A stretch of DNA of 64,000 nt from NCBI GenBank assembly GCA_965197475.1, contig CBDANF010000003.1:32001-96000 (forward strand), given 5' to 3'. Position numbers and translations under genes: made by a program. The DNA is from Candidatus Poribacteria bacterium. GTDB taxonomy: Bacteria > Poribacteria > WGA-4E > WGA-3G. This document shows, piece by piece, positions 30,319 to 41,367 of the stretch (position 1 is the stretch's first letter; each line of letters starts with the position of its first letter). The notes under the pieces were generated by a model. The model was not told the origin of the DNA, did no database searches, and worked only from the letters and a program-made list of their open reading frames with translations.

Positions 30319-33300
30319 TAAAACGTTTCCGATTCTTTCTAATTTTTTTCTGTTTTTTTATAGGTGTTCTACAAGTTGAGTTTAATATGGGAGGGTTTTG
30401 CAACCCTAATAATGTTCCAGCACAATACCAAGGGCTGATTGGCAGTTCTTACACAAACCACAATAGTCCGATAGAGGTACTAAAAACAGAACCACATTTT
30501 CTTATTCTACGATTCCGCCTTCCTGTACTTGAAATACAAAAACATCTACAGAATGGAAAATCCGCTACACATATCCAATTTGATGGTGCATATTGGACAA
30601 CCGAAATAGGAAAACCGAAACTTCCTGTCTATACCGCCCAAATTGGGCTGCCTTCGTCAAGTAGTGTTAGCGCAACGGTGCTACAAAAACAGAGTTCCTT
30701 CAAAAAAGTGGAACTTCCGCTAACCACAAATCTGGCATCAGATCCTTTTTTCTCGGATGCACAGGAAAGAGACGACTCCACTATATCTAATGCATTTAAA
30801 ACATCTACGCTCTATCCCGCTGAGTTGGTAGAGGTCATACCGGTTGGGTTTGTGCGATCACAACGGATCGGTTCTCTACACATCCATCCGGTACAATACA
30901 ACAGTACAACACAGCAGATAAAAATCACCAATGACATCACGTTTCGTATTGATTTTTATGGTGCTTCAACAGCTGTTCCTACCCCTCCTTCATCTCATCT
31001 TCTTGATAGTGCTGCCTATGAAAATCTGTTTCAGACAATGTTGATTAACAATACTCAAGCATCTGTTTGGCGTCAAAGACGAAATGCAATAGGACGAATG
31101 CCGATTCAAGGTGCCCCTAATGTCCCAGTCGCTACGCGGAGACGTTTTAAAATTTCCATTACACAAAACGATATGTATCGTATCAGCTACAATAACCTCA
31201 GCGTAGCTGGTGTTACACCTGAAACTATTGACTTAGACAGCATCCAAGTGGAAACAAGCAGACAAAAAAAGGGATTTTATATTTTTGATGAAAACCAGAA
31301 TGAAACCCTTGATCCAGGAGATATGATTGTTTTCTATGCGCGCGGCTTGATTAATAAATTTACGGATACCAATGTCTATTGGTTTAGTTTTGCCGAAAAA
31401 GGTGCTGAGAGTGCAGTAGGTGAAACTGTTGCAGATGACACATTACGTATTGGCACTCGGTCAGCTGCACCGATTGCTCGTAATATCCAACCTCCAAATG
31501 CTTTTTTCACGAAATTACGGTTTGAAGAAAATGTCTTTCACGATACACTTGATGGAGATAATGTCAGAGACGACTTGGCGGATCACTACTTCTGGACCGG
31601 TCTCAGAGGGGACGGTTCTGATATAAGTAAGAAACCTTTTAGGGTTGAGCTGCCTGGTGCTGTCTCACGCCATAATATTGAACGGGATGCTACTATTCGT
31701 ATAAGATTCCAAGGTGCTTCACGCAAAAGCGCAGCAAAACATCAAGCGTTAATTCATTTTAACGGAAGGCAACTCGGCAAGATCAAAGAATGGAACCTAC
31801 AGAACGCCGTGACTGCTACACGCGATATTCCACAAAAATTTATACATCATAATGCCATCAATGATTTGCGGATTGATGCACTTGACAAAAACGAAACACC
31901 AGAAGGGTCTTTCGACTTTTACTTGGATTGGTACGAGTTTGAATACTGGCACAATTTTCGCGCAGAATCCAAACGGCTTGCGTTTAACTCAAAAACGGAC
32001 CCTGTTGTCAAGGGAACAACGCATTTTAACGTAACAAATCTCCCCACTGAAGCAATAGATATCTACGTGTTGAATCAGGATAGTTTAACGGCAAAACTTG
32101 TTGATGGGAAGGTAACGCGTAGCGGGAGCACTTACCAAATTCTGTTTGAGGATGAGGTGATGGGGTATACCAATTACTTCATCATTGCCAACAATGCCTA
32201 TGGAAGTATTGGAACCCTTACTGAAGTGCCCCCAAGTAATTTACGTAACCCCACAACACAAGCGGATTACATTGTAATTACGCATAAGACTTTTTTAGAA
32301 AGTATTAAACCCCTCGTTGAGTTTCGTCGCTCACAAGGCTTGACGGTCAAAGTCGTAGATATAGATGAAATCTACAATGAATTTAAAGCAGGACTTTTCA
32401 ATCCAATTGCAATCCAGGATTTCTTGCGTTATGCTTATGAGGCATGGCAACCGCCAGCACCTACTTACGTTTTGCTCGTTGGTGATGCACATTTCGACTA
32501 TAAAAGGGTTTTCAAACAACTCTACACAACATACAACCTCTACCCGATTTTTGTTCCCACGTACCACGGATGGGCACCAGCAAGCGGAGAAACCGCCATG
32601 GACCAAAGGTTTGTCAATATCAGTGGTGCGGACGCTCTCCCAGATATGTTCATCGGTCGTTTACCAGTACAAACACCTGACGAACTTTCTGCAATAATAA
32701 AAAAAATAAAAGACTATGAAGAAAACCCTAAAATTGGTCCGTGGCAAGGAACACTCGTCCAAGTAGCAGATAATCATACAGATAATCCCAACGATGTGAT
32801 TTTTGAAGAGAGTCGTGACGAAATCATCAGTGAAATTATCCCTTTAGCCTATCACACAAAACAGATTTATTTGCGAAAGACCCGTAATTTAACTCGCTCA
32901 CTTATCCGCAAGGCATTTAACGATGGCGCACTTGTGATTGAATATACTGGACACGGTGGCAGCCAAACCTGGGCAGATGAGTCCATCTTTCGGATCGAGG
33001 ATGTTACCGCTCTTCGGAACCGCGAACTACCGCTTGTTGTGACAACGACATGCTTGAATGGAAAATTTGATCAACCGCAACAATTTGGAGACCGCTGTCT
33101 CAGCGAAGAATTTTTGATCAGTCCGTATGGTGCGATTGCAAATCTTGCTGCAACACGGTTGACATACGCATCAGCAAACGTTGAATTTGATCGGGATCTG
33201 TTCACAGCAATGTTTGAAAGACCACCTGTCCAAACAGAAGGCGGACAACAGGCGCATACACCTCCTAACCCTACCATCGGTAAAATTATCACTGATGCTA

Positions 33301-36300
33301 AAATTAGTAACATCGCCCGCACCGTTAATATACGATGGATTCCAGGGACAGAACAGTACACACTTTTTGGGGATCCAGCAACACGACTCGCACTCCCCAC
33401 CCTTGATATACAGGTTAAATTGGAGGATATCGCGCTGAATTCCAACAAGCAGATTGTGATTCTGAACAATGAGGTAGGGACGTACGACGCAAACAATGTA
33501 TGGTGGAAAGCAGAAAATTTCAGCACAGAGAAACTCATCGCCTCAGCCATCTTCCACAATCATTTCGACGATGAACATGGAAATGAGATTCCCCAGCGCA
33601 CCCCACCACATAGAGTCTGGCAAGGTGAATATGGAACGATTCGGTTGGAGATTCCAAATGCGGCAGTACCCGGACGCGGTGTCGTTCAATTGCAGGCTTA
33701 TGATGATAAACGCGTAGCCATCGGGGGTGCTCCATTCTGGATAAAAACACCAATTATTGATCAAATTCTTGAACAAGTGGATGTTAAAACCGCACATACC
33801 TTTGACATTAAGGTTCTTATTTTAGACGATATCAACGGAGCACAAGGCATCAAGGAGATTTATGTGGAATGGATTAACACTTTTGAATATGATGACCATG
33901 AAACCCCGATGGTCAAAACTTCACCGCCTCCCGGTACTGCTGCCTCTCCTTATGGTGGTCAGTGGTACGAACTCCAAACACCCATCCCTTTGCCGAAAGG
34001 CGGACGCCAAATTCGGTACCGTATACACGTAACCGATAGCAGCGGTTTAGAAGTTCTGCACCCATCCGCAACAGAGCGGAGTATTTTTAAGGTGCCGGAG
34101 GGTCCCAACATAAAAATCGGCACTGATGGAAGCAGCCTCGCTCCAATCCGATACACTTTTAATGAGGAGACTGATAATTATTATCTCGTTGCAGAACTCG
34201 TTAATATCGGTGGACGAACGGTCAAAACCGATATAGAAGTCGTTTTTTCTGAAGGCAACCCAGATATTAATGGTGATTTGCAAATAGACGATGACGTTGC
34301 CATTTTAGTTAGAACAACTGTGCGTCCCTCAGAATGGGAGGAAGGCACCAACGTCTTACAACGTGTGACCTTAAGTGTTCCTTTAAAAGAAGCACTCTCC
34401 ACCGGTGCACATAAAATTTATGTTCTTGCTAATCCAGAAGTGGATACCACTGATGACATTACCGGTAGTGTCCAAGAACCACGTGTCTCTGATAACAAAA
34501 AATTTGTTTCATTCGTCGTTAATGAATTCTATTATGATCCATCGCAACCCTTAACAGCTTATAGTCTGGACAGAGTCTTTGACGTTGACATTCCCGATTC
34601 GGTGGCAGCACTTGAAGGTAAAAACATCCCACTCTCCATATCTTCAAGCGCACCGTTCACCTTAACTCAACCATCTCTCAGCTTCGCACCGATTCCACGT
34701 GTAGCCGCGCTGCGGCGAGGTCTGCTTCGCACAGGTGACGAACGTGCCCAACACTATGAAATGTCTTTTCGCACACCAAATGTCGCATTGAAAAAACCTG
34801 TCACCTTGAAGTTTCGGTTTGATGTCAGTGGCTTGGAGGACGCAGTTAGAGAGAACACCCCGTGGACTGAAGGCAGTAAGGACTTCAAGGCAGCGTTAAT
34901 TGAAGAAGCGGAAAAACTTAGCATTTATGCGTGGCAATCCGATTACAAAAAATGGAGACGACTTCCATCACAAGTGAGTTATGCCACTGGAAATGACAAA
35001 CCTCAACCTGATGAAGATGGACCAATATTCCAGCTCGAAAACTATGTTACACCTATCCAAACTGAAAACGCGAACAAACAACCTATCCCGATTGAAAACA
35101 TCAAAATTGATCAGTACGGGACACCTGCGGGGACATGGGTAATCGTTTTTTTCGATTCGACACAGTACGAGGTATACTTAAAACGGAATAATGAAGTCAC
35201 TGTTTATAAACTGAATCAACTCGGACAACTTGACATCCCCTATCGTGAAGAAAACTACGGACTTGAATTCATCATACATCAAGAATGGGATGTGCCACCA
35301 GAACTTGATGACGGAACACCTATTCTTCCCTTCGAATTTGGAGATATTCTCATCTTTGAAACTGATCGTTCTGAGGGCACTAACGCGGTCGTAGGAGTCC
35401 GTAATCAAAATATCGGGAACGGTACAGCTGTAATAACTGCAAAGCTCGGTCCCAAGCAAGAGTTTGTAGTAGGCGACTGGTTTCTCTTTTTCACATCTCC
35501 AATACAGTATGAAATTCGTGATAAAACAGGTGCCCCCATCTACCTACCGAATGATGCTCTCGTGCGCGGGACGGTCAATGAAGGCATGTTTGTCAGCCAT
35601 CTTGGTTTGGAAATATTCGTTAATAGTAGCACAGAATCTTTTCGATTTGGGGATAAGATTAAATTCAGCACCGCACAAGTTGCAAGTGTCACCGCACAAA
35701 CAACCGAACTTTCGCCGTTCACCCTTATTAGTGGTGATGACACAGAACCTCCCACTTTTAATCTATGGGTAGACGGTGTCCAGCCCCAAGTCGGTAGTGT
35801 TGTGGCACCGCGCCCACTTATCTCCATCTTGCTTGAGGATGTGAATGGCGTAGATTTGGATACGCTGATTATTCGGAGAGGAGATAACGGCAACCCGCTT
35901 AAACCTATCTCTGATTATATCTTCCGAAATCCCAAAAACGTTAACACAGTGCCGATTGACTACAAACCTATACTCTTTCCCGGTGAATATGCTTTTGAGA
36001 TTGAAGCGCGCGATTTTAATGGAAATGCAATTGGTGGGAAAACGAAAAAAAACCAGACGCGATTCATCGTGACCGACATGCCTGACATCACCCCGCCTGT
36101 CATCGAAATTTTTGTAAACGATGAAATTCTTATAGGAGAAGATTCAAACGTTAATACTCTTGGGGAAGTGAAGAATATTGGCAAAAACCGCATCACCCAA
36201 CAACCTCAATGTGAAATTCGGGTTACGGATGAAACAGCACTTGACGGTTCTCTCTTCAACATTACATTTAACCAAATATCTGATAGTGATCCTACACGAC

Positions 36301-36770
36301 GCTATCGCGAATTTGATGCGGCAAAATGGGAATTTGATGCTGATGATCCCGAAACTGCCAATTTTAGTTTTGCACCTGACCTCCCAAACGGCACCTATCG
36401 GCTACAAATAACAGCGACAGATACAAGTGAAAACACCGCCGAACTGGAAGCAACCTTCACCCTTGACGAGGAAGTCACCCTCAGCGAAGTTTTCAACGTA
36501 CCCAATCCCGTAGAAAATGGCAAAACCTTTTTCACCTATCAGTTGGCACAATCACCAGATAAGGTCACCATCAAAATTTACACGGTTAGCGGAAGGCTGA
36601 TTCGAACGATTGTAGATGAAAGTGCAAATCGAGGGAACAATGAGACCTATTGGGATGGAAAAGATGAGACAGGAGTGCGTTGTGCCAACGGTGTATACCT
36701 CTATCGTGTGATTGCCTACTCTGAGGGTGACAAGGCGGAAAAGATAGGAAAACTTGCTATCTTACGTTAA
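30315..36770 (+). CDS. C25 (gingipain/PorU-like) cysteine peptidase with propeptide, Ig-like domains and FlgD-like C-terminus
   Basis: DYIVITH, YVLLVGD, IGRLP, YTGHGG..W, TTCLNG, LFGDP; NVPNP...WDGKD...NGVYLYR. Confidence 0.85.
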   Translation: MIKRFRFFLIFFCFFIGVLQVEFNMGGFCNPNNVPAQYQGLIGSSYTNHNSPIEVLKTEPHFLILRFRLPVLEIQKHLQNGKSATHIQFDGAYWTTEIGKPKLPVYTAQIGLPSSSSVSATVLQKQSSFKKVELPLTTNLASDPFFSDAQERDDSTISNAFKTSTLYPAELVEVIPVGFVRSQRIGSLHIHPVQYNSTTQQIKITNDITFRIDFYGASTAVPTPPSSHLLDSAAYENLFQTMLINNTQASVWRQRRNAIGRMPIQGAPNVPVATRRRFKISITQNDMYRISYNNLSVAGVTPETIDLDSIQVETSRQKKGFYIFDENQNETLDPGDMIVFYARGLINKFTDTNVYWFSFAEKGAESAVGETVADDTLRIGTRSAAPIARNIQPPNAFFTKLRFEENVFHDTLDGDNVRDDLADHYFWTGLRGDGSDISKKPFRVELPGAVSRHNIERDATIRIRFQGASRKSAAKHQALIHFNGRQLGKIKEWNLQNAVTATRDIPQKFIHHNAINDLRIDALDKNETPEGSFDFYLDWYEFEYWHNFRAESKRLAFNSKTDPVVKGTTHFNVTNLPTEAIDIYVLNQDSLTAKLVDGKVTRSGSTYQILFEDEVMGYTNYFIIANNAYGSIGTLTEVPPSNLRNPTTQADYIVITHKTFLESIKPLVEFRRSQGLTVKVVDIDEIYNEFKAGLFNPIAIQDFLRYAYEAWQPPAPTYVLLVGDAHFDYKRVFKQLYTTYNLYPIFVPTYHGWAPASGETAMDQRFVNISGADALPDMFIGRLPVQTPDELSAIIKKIKDYEENPKIGPWQGTLVQVADNHTDNPNDVIFEESRDEIISEIIPLAYHTKQIYLRKTRNLTRSLIRKAFNDGALVIEYTGHGGSQTWADESIFRIEDVTALRNRELPLVVTTTCLNGKFDQPQQFGDRCLSEEFLISPYGAIANLAATRLTYASANVEFDRDLFTAMFERPPVQTEGGQQAHTPPNPTIGKIITDAKISNIARTVNIRWIPGTEQYTLFGDPATRLALPTLDIQVKLEDIALNSNKQIVILNNEVGTYDANNVWWKAENFSTEKLIASAIFHNHFDDEHGNEIPQRTPPHRVWQGEYGTIRLEIPNAAVPGRGVVQLQAYDDKRVAIGGAPFWIKTPIIDQILEQVDVKTAHTFDIKVLILDDINGAQGIKEIYVEWINTFEYDDHETPMVKTSPPPGTAASPYGGQWYELQTPIPLPKGGRQIRYRIHVTDSSGLEVLHPSATERSIFKVPEGPNIKIGTDGSSLAPIRYTFNEETDNYYLVAELVNIGGRTVKTDIEVVFSEGNPDINGDLQIDDDVAILVRTTVRPSEWEEGTNVLQRVTLSVPLKEALSTGAHKIYVLANPEVDTTDDITGSVQEPRVSDNKKFVSFVVNEFYYDPSQPLTAYSLDRVFDVDIPDSVAALEGKNIPLSISSSAPFTLTQPSLSFAPIPRVAALRRGLLRTGDERAQHYEMSFRTPNVALKKPVTLKFRFDVSGLEDAVRENTPWTEGSKDFKAALIEEAEKLSIYAWQSDYKKWRRLPSQVSYATGNDKPQPDEDGPIFQLENYVTPIQTENANKQPIPIENIKIDQYGTPAGTWVIVFFDSTQYEVYLKRNNEVTVYKLNQLGQLDIPYREENYGLEFIIHQEWDVPPELDDGTPILPFEFGDILIFETDRSEGTNAVVGVRNQNIGNGTAVITAKLGPKQEFVVGDWFLFFTSPIQYEIRDKTGAPIYLPNDALVRGTVNEGMFVSHLGLEIFVNSSTESFRFGDKIKFSTAQVASVTAQTTELSPFTLISGDDTEPPTFNLWVDGVQPQVGSVVAPRPLISILLEDVNGVDLDTLIIRRGDNGNPLKPISDYIFRNPKNVNTVPIDYKPILFPGEYAFEIEARDFNGNAIGGKTKKNQTRFIVTDMPDITPPVIEIFVNDEILIGEDSNVNTLGEVKNIGKNRITQQPQCEIRVTDETALDGSLFNITFNQISDSDPTRRYREFDAAKWEFDADDPETANFSFAPDLPNGTYRLQITATDTSENTAELEATFTLDEEVTLSEVFNVPNPVENGKTFFTYQLAQSPDKVTIKIYTVSGRLIRTIVDESANRGNNETYWDGKDETGVRCANGVYLYRVIAYSEGDKAEKIGKLAILR

Positions 36771-37072
36771 ACTGAAAAGAATCCCACACAAATTCGAATC
36801 CTTAAGTGTTCCAAATATTCCATATCTAACGTTATATGTTGAAGTTAAGAAATAAAAAACGGTGCTGACTGCGTTTCCGTGCATAATCTTTTGCCTATCG
36901 TATTGTGAGTGTATGGTATAATATTTTTATAGAAATTGTACGGTTTAAGATTAAGTTTCACATGGGTGCCTCAGCTGATTCTTTGATGAAAAATTAAAGT
37001 TCAATGATTCCATTTTTTCTTGCCAAACTTTAATATTTTTGTTACAATGGAAACTAAACAGGAGGAATAATT

Positions 37073-40000
37073 ATGGCTGCTAACAATATCAAAGAAATTG
37101 GTGATACAGCACAAAATCCGATGGAAGGGGATGGAACGGGACTTACTTTCGCGCGTCATTTTACGAAATCGGCGGTTCACCCGTTTGATGAAATTGAGTG
37201 GGAACGCCGTGATGCCGCTATCTACAACGAGAAAGGTAATGTCATTTTTAAACAGGAGCAGGTAGAAGTACCTACTTTCTGGACCCAACTCGCAACGGAT
37301 ATTGCTGCCTCAAAATATTTCCGAAAAGCCGGTGTTCCTGATGTAGAATCAGAGAGCAGTGCTCGCCAATTAGTTACCCGCGTCGCACGTACACTTCGCC
37401 GAGCTGGTGAAGAAATCGGTGGTTATTTTGCTACCCCCGACGACGCGGAAACGTTTGAAATGGAATTGACACATATCCTTGTTACACAGCGTGGTGCCTT
37501 TAATTCTCCCGTCTGGTTTAACTGCGGTTTATGGCATGAGTACGGGATCAAAGGCGGTGGTGGTAACTACCATTGGGATAGAGATGCACAGAAAGTTAAC
37601 GTCACCCAAAACGCGTATCAGTACCCACAAAACTCAGCATGTTTTATCCAAAGCGTTGATGATTCGTTAGACTCCATGCTTGATCTGCAAAAATCAGAGG
37701 TGCGGCTCTTTAAATATGGAAGCGGAACCGGTTCCAATTTCAGTAAGGTTCGCGCAAAAGGTGAACACCTCTCCAGTGGCGGTGAAAGTTCGGGTGTCCT
37801 ATCTTTTCTTGAAGGATTCGACCGGTGGGCAGGTAGTATTAAGTCTGGCGGCACAACACGACGCGCCGCAAAGATGGTCATTTTAGACATGGACCATCCG
37901 GAAATTGTTGACTACATCGACTGGAAGATGAAAGAGGAAAAGAAGGCGAAGACGCTCATCGCAGCTGGTTATCCCGCTGACTTTAATGGCGAAGCGTACG
38001 GGACTATCAGTGGGCAGAACAGTAACAATTCGGTCAGGATTTCAGACATCTTCATGGATGCCTATCTAAAGGCAGATTCCTGGAAAACAACCTATCGTAC
38101 CTCAGGTGAAGTTGCTGGCGAGTATGAAGCGAAGATGCTGATGGATAAAATCGCTGAAGCAGCATGGGCTTGTGCTGATCCAGGGGTTCAATTTGATGAT
38201 ACGATCCAGAAATGGCATACTTGTAAACAGAGTGATCGTATTTATGCAAGTAACCCATGCAGCGAATACCTTTTTTTAGACGACTCTGCATGTAACCTCG
38301 CGAGTATCAATCTCGTCAAATTTCTCAATGATGATGACACTTTTGATATTGACGGCTTCAGAGCAACTGTCCGTGTCTTTATCACGGCAATGGAAATTAT
38401 TGTTGATCTGTCTTCCTACCCGACCCCCAAGATTGCCAGACGATCTCACGAATATCGTCCGCTCGGACTTGGATTTGCTAACTTAGGCGCACTCTTGATG
38501 CGATTAGGCATCCCTTATGATAGTGCAGAAGCTTGCAGTTATGCTGGTGCTATTTCTGCTATCCTGAGTGGACATGGCTACCGAACAAGTGCAGAAATCG
38601 CGAAGAGTATCGGACCTTTTGCTGGATACGCTAAGAATAGCGATTCGATGTTAGGGGTTATCAACATGCACCGTGACGCTGCATACAAAATTGATGCGAC
38701 AACCTGTCCATCTAATCTATTGGAAGCAGCGCGCGAAGATTGGGATATCTGCCAACAAAAGGGAGAAAACTGGGGATATCGAAATTCGCAAATCAGTGTC
38801 ATTGCCCCAACTGGAACCATAGCACTCCTAATGGATTGCGATACAACAGGAATTGAACCCGAGTTTGCACTTGTCAAATTCAAAAAGTTAGCAGGTGGTG
38901 GTTATATCAAGATTGTGAACCAGAGTGTTCGCGATGCTTTGGAAAAACTCGGCTACATACCACAACACATTGAAGCGATTGTCACGCATATTGTCGGAAC
39001 AGGAACACTTGAAGGAACGCCATATGTCAATCCAGAATCCCTTAAATACAAAGGTTTCACTGAAGAAGATATCGCAAAAGTTGCGGAAATGTTGCCGAGC
39101 GCGTTTGACCTGAATCTCGCTTTCGCACCCGGATTCCTTGGAGAAGAATGTCTCGAAAGATTAGGGATAACTGCCGAAAAAGCTGCGTCTCCAGATTTTG
39201 ACCTACTCACTTATATGGGATTCAATCCGAGTGAAATTGCAACCGCTGAGGAAATCATCTGCGGCACAGGAACTGTTGAAGGTGCGCTACATCTGTCGTC
39301 TAAACATTATCCTGTTTTCGATTGTGCGGTTCAGTCAAGTAAGCACGGTACTCGCTTTATTCATCACATGGGACCACTGAAATTAATGGCGGCTGTGCAG
39401 CCCTTTATATCAGGTGCCATTTCAAAAACAGTCAACATCCCGCGCGAAGCAACTGTTGACGATATTAAAGAACTTTATGTTGAAGCGTGGCGTCTCGGTG
39501 TGAAATGTCTCGCTATTTATCGGGATGGGAGCAAAGGGAGTCAACCGCTTTCAACCAGCAGCCAACAGGATGTGCAGAATGAGGCAAGCGAACAACCTGT
39601 TAGAAGACGACTCTTAGACACACGGAAAGGTATTATACATAAATTCAGTGTCGGAGGTCACGAAGGTTACATGCATGTCGGGTTCTTTGAAGATGGCACT
39701 CCTGGTGAGGTTTTCCTTACCATGAGTAAACAGGGGTCTACCATCTCAGGACTCATGGATTCTATCGCCATCCTCATCTCTATGGCACTGCAGTACGGTG
39801 TGCCGTTAGAGTCACTCGTCAATAAATTCAGCCATGTTCGGTTTGAACCATCGGGATTCACCCAGGACCGTGATATTCCGATGGCAAGATCAATTGTTGA
39901 TTATGTTTTCCGTTGGCTCGGAAAAGAGTTCCTTCCGAAATATGCACAGGAAGATACTACAGATGTTCTTGAATTAGATGACCAACTGGCATTATCCGAT

Positions 40001-40180
40001 GAAACCGAGTTACATGGGCACGGAAATAACGGGGACACAAATCCATGGGCGGATCAAGAGCGGCTGATTACACTCCGATACGGAGACGCACCGCCTTGTC
40101 ACGAATGTGGCGCAATTATGATACGAAGCGGCATCTGCTACCGATGCACTAATTGCGGTGCAACCAGTGGATGTTCATAG
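37073..40180 (+). CDS. nrdJ: class II (B12-dependent) ribonucleotide reductase
   Basis: FNSPVWFN, SACFI, NPCSEY, APTGT, ISKTVN, YRDGSK, C-terminal zinc ribbon. Confidence 0.95.
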   Translation: MAANNIKEIGDTAQNPMEGDGTGLTFARHFTKSAVHPFDEIEWERRDAAIYNEKGNVIFKQEQVEVPTFWTQLATDIAASKYFRKAGVPDVESESSARQLVTRVARTLRRAGEEIGGYFATPDDAETFEMELTHILVTQRGAFNSPVWFNCGLWHEYGIKGGGGNYHWDRDAQKVNVTQNAYQYPQNSACFIQSVDDSLDSMLDLQKSEVRLFKYGSGTGSNFSKVRAKGEHLSSGGESSGVLSFLEGFDRWAGSIKSGGTTRRAAKMVILDMDHPEIVDYIDWKMKEEKKAKTLIAAGYPADFNGEAYGTISGQNSNNSVRISDIFMDAYLKADSWKTTYRTSGEVAGEYEAKMLMDKIAEAAWACADPGVQFDDTIQKWHTCKQSDRIYASNPCSEYLFLDDSACNLASINLVKFLNDDDTFDIDGFRATVRVFITAMEIIVDLSSYPTPKIARRSHEYRPLGLGFANLGALLMRLGIPYDSAEACSYAGAISAILSGHGYRTSAEIAKSIGPFAGYAKNSDSMLGVINMHRDAAYKIDATTCPSNLLEAAREDWDICQQKGENWGYRNSQISVIAPTGTIALLMDCDTTGIEPEFALVKFKKLAGGGYIKIVNQSVRDALEKLGYIPQHIEAIVTHIVGTGTLEGTPYVNPESLKYKGFTEEDIAKVAEMLPSAFDLNLAFAPGFLGEECLERLGITAEKAASPDFDLLTYMGFNPSEIATAEEIICGTGTVEGALHLSSKHYPVFDCAVQSSKHGTRFIHHMGPLKLMAAVQPFISGAISKTVNIPREATVDDIKELYVEAWRLGVKCLAIYRDGSKGSQPLSTSSQQDVQNEASEQPVRRRLLDTRKGIIHKFSVGGHEGYMHVGFFEDGTPGEVFLTMSKQGSTISGLMDSIAILISMALQYGVPLESLVNKFSHVRFEPSGFTQDRDIPMARSIVDYVFRWLGKEFLPKYAQEDTTDVLELDDQLALSDETELHGHGNNGDTNPWADQERLITLRYGDAPPCHECGAIMIRSGICYRCTNCGATSGCS

Positions 40181-40202
40181 ACTCGCCACTATAAATACGA
40201 AT

Positions 40203-40242
40203 AGGACTTACACAACCTAATACAAGGATTCGCGTAAGTCCT
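40203..40242. repeat. 40-bp palindromic relic with IS701-like ends just after nrdJ
   Basis: AGGACTTACAC...GCGTAAGTCCT matches the TIR of the IS at 42118-43209; a further half copy lies at about 55147. Confidence 0.6.
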
Positions 40243-41217
40243 AATTACATAAAAAGGACCAACTAGCACAAGTCGTTACTATAGCATTTTTTGCGGAATT
40301 GTCCTGCTGATTTACGCATTTTTGGCGTTGAGTTATGCTAAATATGCTGATTCGGAGCCTAATTTATTTTTTTATTGCACAAATTTTGTATAAATGCTAC
40401 AATATATGTGACGTTAGAAATTCACGAAGAAAGCGTGGGTTACGTCAGGGCTGCTTCCTAATCTATTTAGGTGCGCCGCCGGTGCTGACACACCAAGCGA
40501 CGCTTAGCACTGCCATAGAGAAAGTATGACAGCGCTGGTTTCTATTATAGCAGAAAGTCACGCTTTCTGTTAGTTTAAAGTAGAAACCAGCTCCCTATAG
40601 GGACGAGTTGCCTGAAAAATTCTTCTCTTTCGTTGACAGATATGTCTGTCAATCCTCCCTGTAGACTGTCAAGTATACACAACCCTGGTGTTATTTTAAT
40701 TAACAGTCTAAATTTGAAATACACCCATAAATTATTTTATATCACAACGAGTAGTAACTTATGCGTTTACATAAGTTAACAGAACTTGTTGTTGCTGCAG
40801 ACAAAGCGATGTTCAATAAGTTTATAATACCTATGTAAACGACATATTTATCAATACAGATGTTGATCCGCTAGAAATATACCATCCAGATATTGATAAT
40901 CCTGACAGAGTCGTCTTCATGCTCTGGGTTTACGACTATTATTATGAAATAAATGAACAAGAACAAACTTTGGAGTTAGTAAGCACAACCCGGACATCGT
41001 ATTGGGTTGACAACCAAGGCGGATCAGGATCACATTTCGTTACCCATTAGAAGGAACTAACAAAATTATGTAAAAACCATCTTGTACGTGAGTTAAGAGG
41101 TATAAACGATATTAGCATTACGCGTTGTGCTAAAGAACTAATAGTATGTTTATATTTTACATGTGTCTCTTATTTGGGTTGAATTCCAACGTTTCTGATA
41201 CCTGACAACCTTGAAAG

Positions 41218-41275
41218 GTAGGAGGGATCTCCGATTCCCGACAATATAAGGTCGCGATTCGGAGATCGCTCCTAC
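41218..41275. repeat. inverted pair of GTAG-type REP sequences (REPIN)
   Basis: GTAGGAGGGATCTCCGATTCCCGAC ... GTCGCGATTCGGAGATCGCTCCTAC. Confidence 0.75.
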
Positions 41276-41367
41276 AAAGTATAAACAAATGTGAAGGACA
41301 ACCAAACTATAACTTAACTAGTACAAGTCGTTAGTATTGTTAAATAGGCAGATGGAGGTATAACCCC

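Noticed and set aside
36780-37072. NrdR box or cobalamin riboswitch upstream of nrdJ
   Set aside because: No convincing consensus seen by eye.
37073-40180. Intein in NrdJ
   Set aside because: No splice-junction or LAGLIDADG motifs; the length is explained by known domains.
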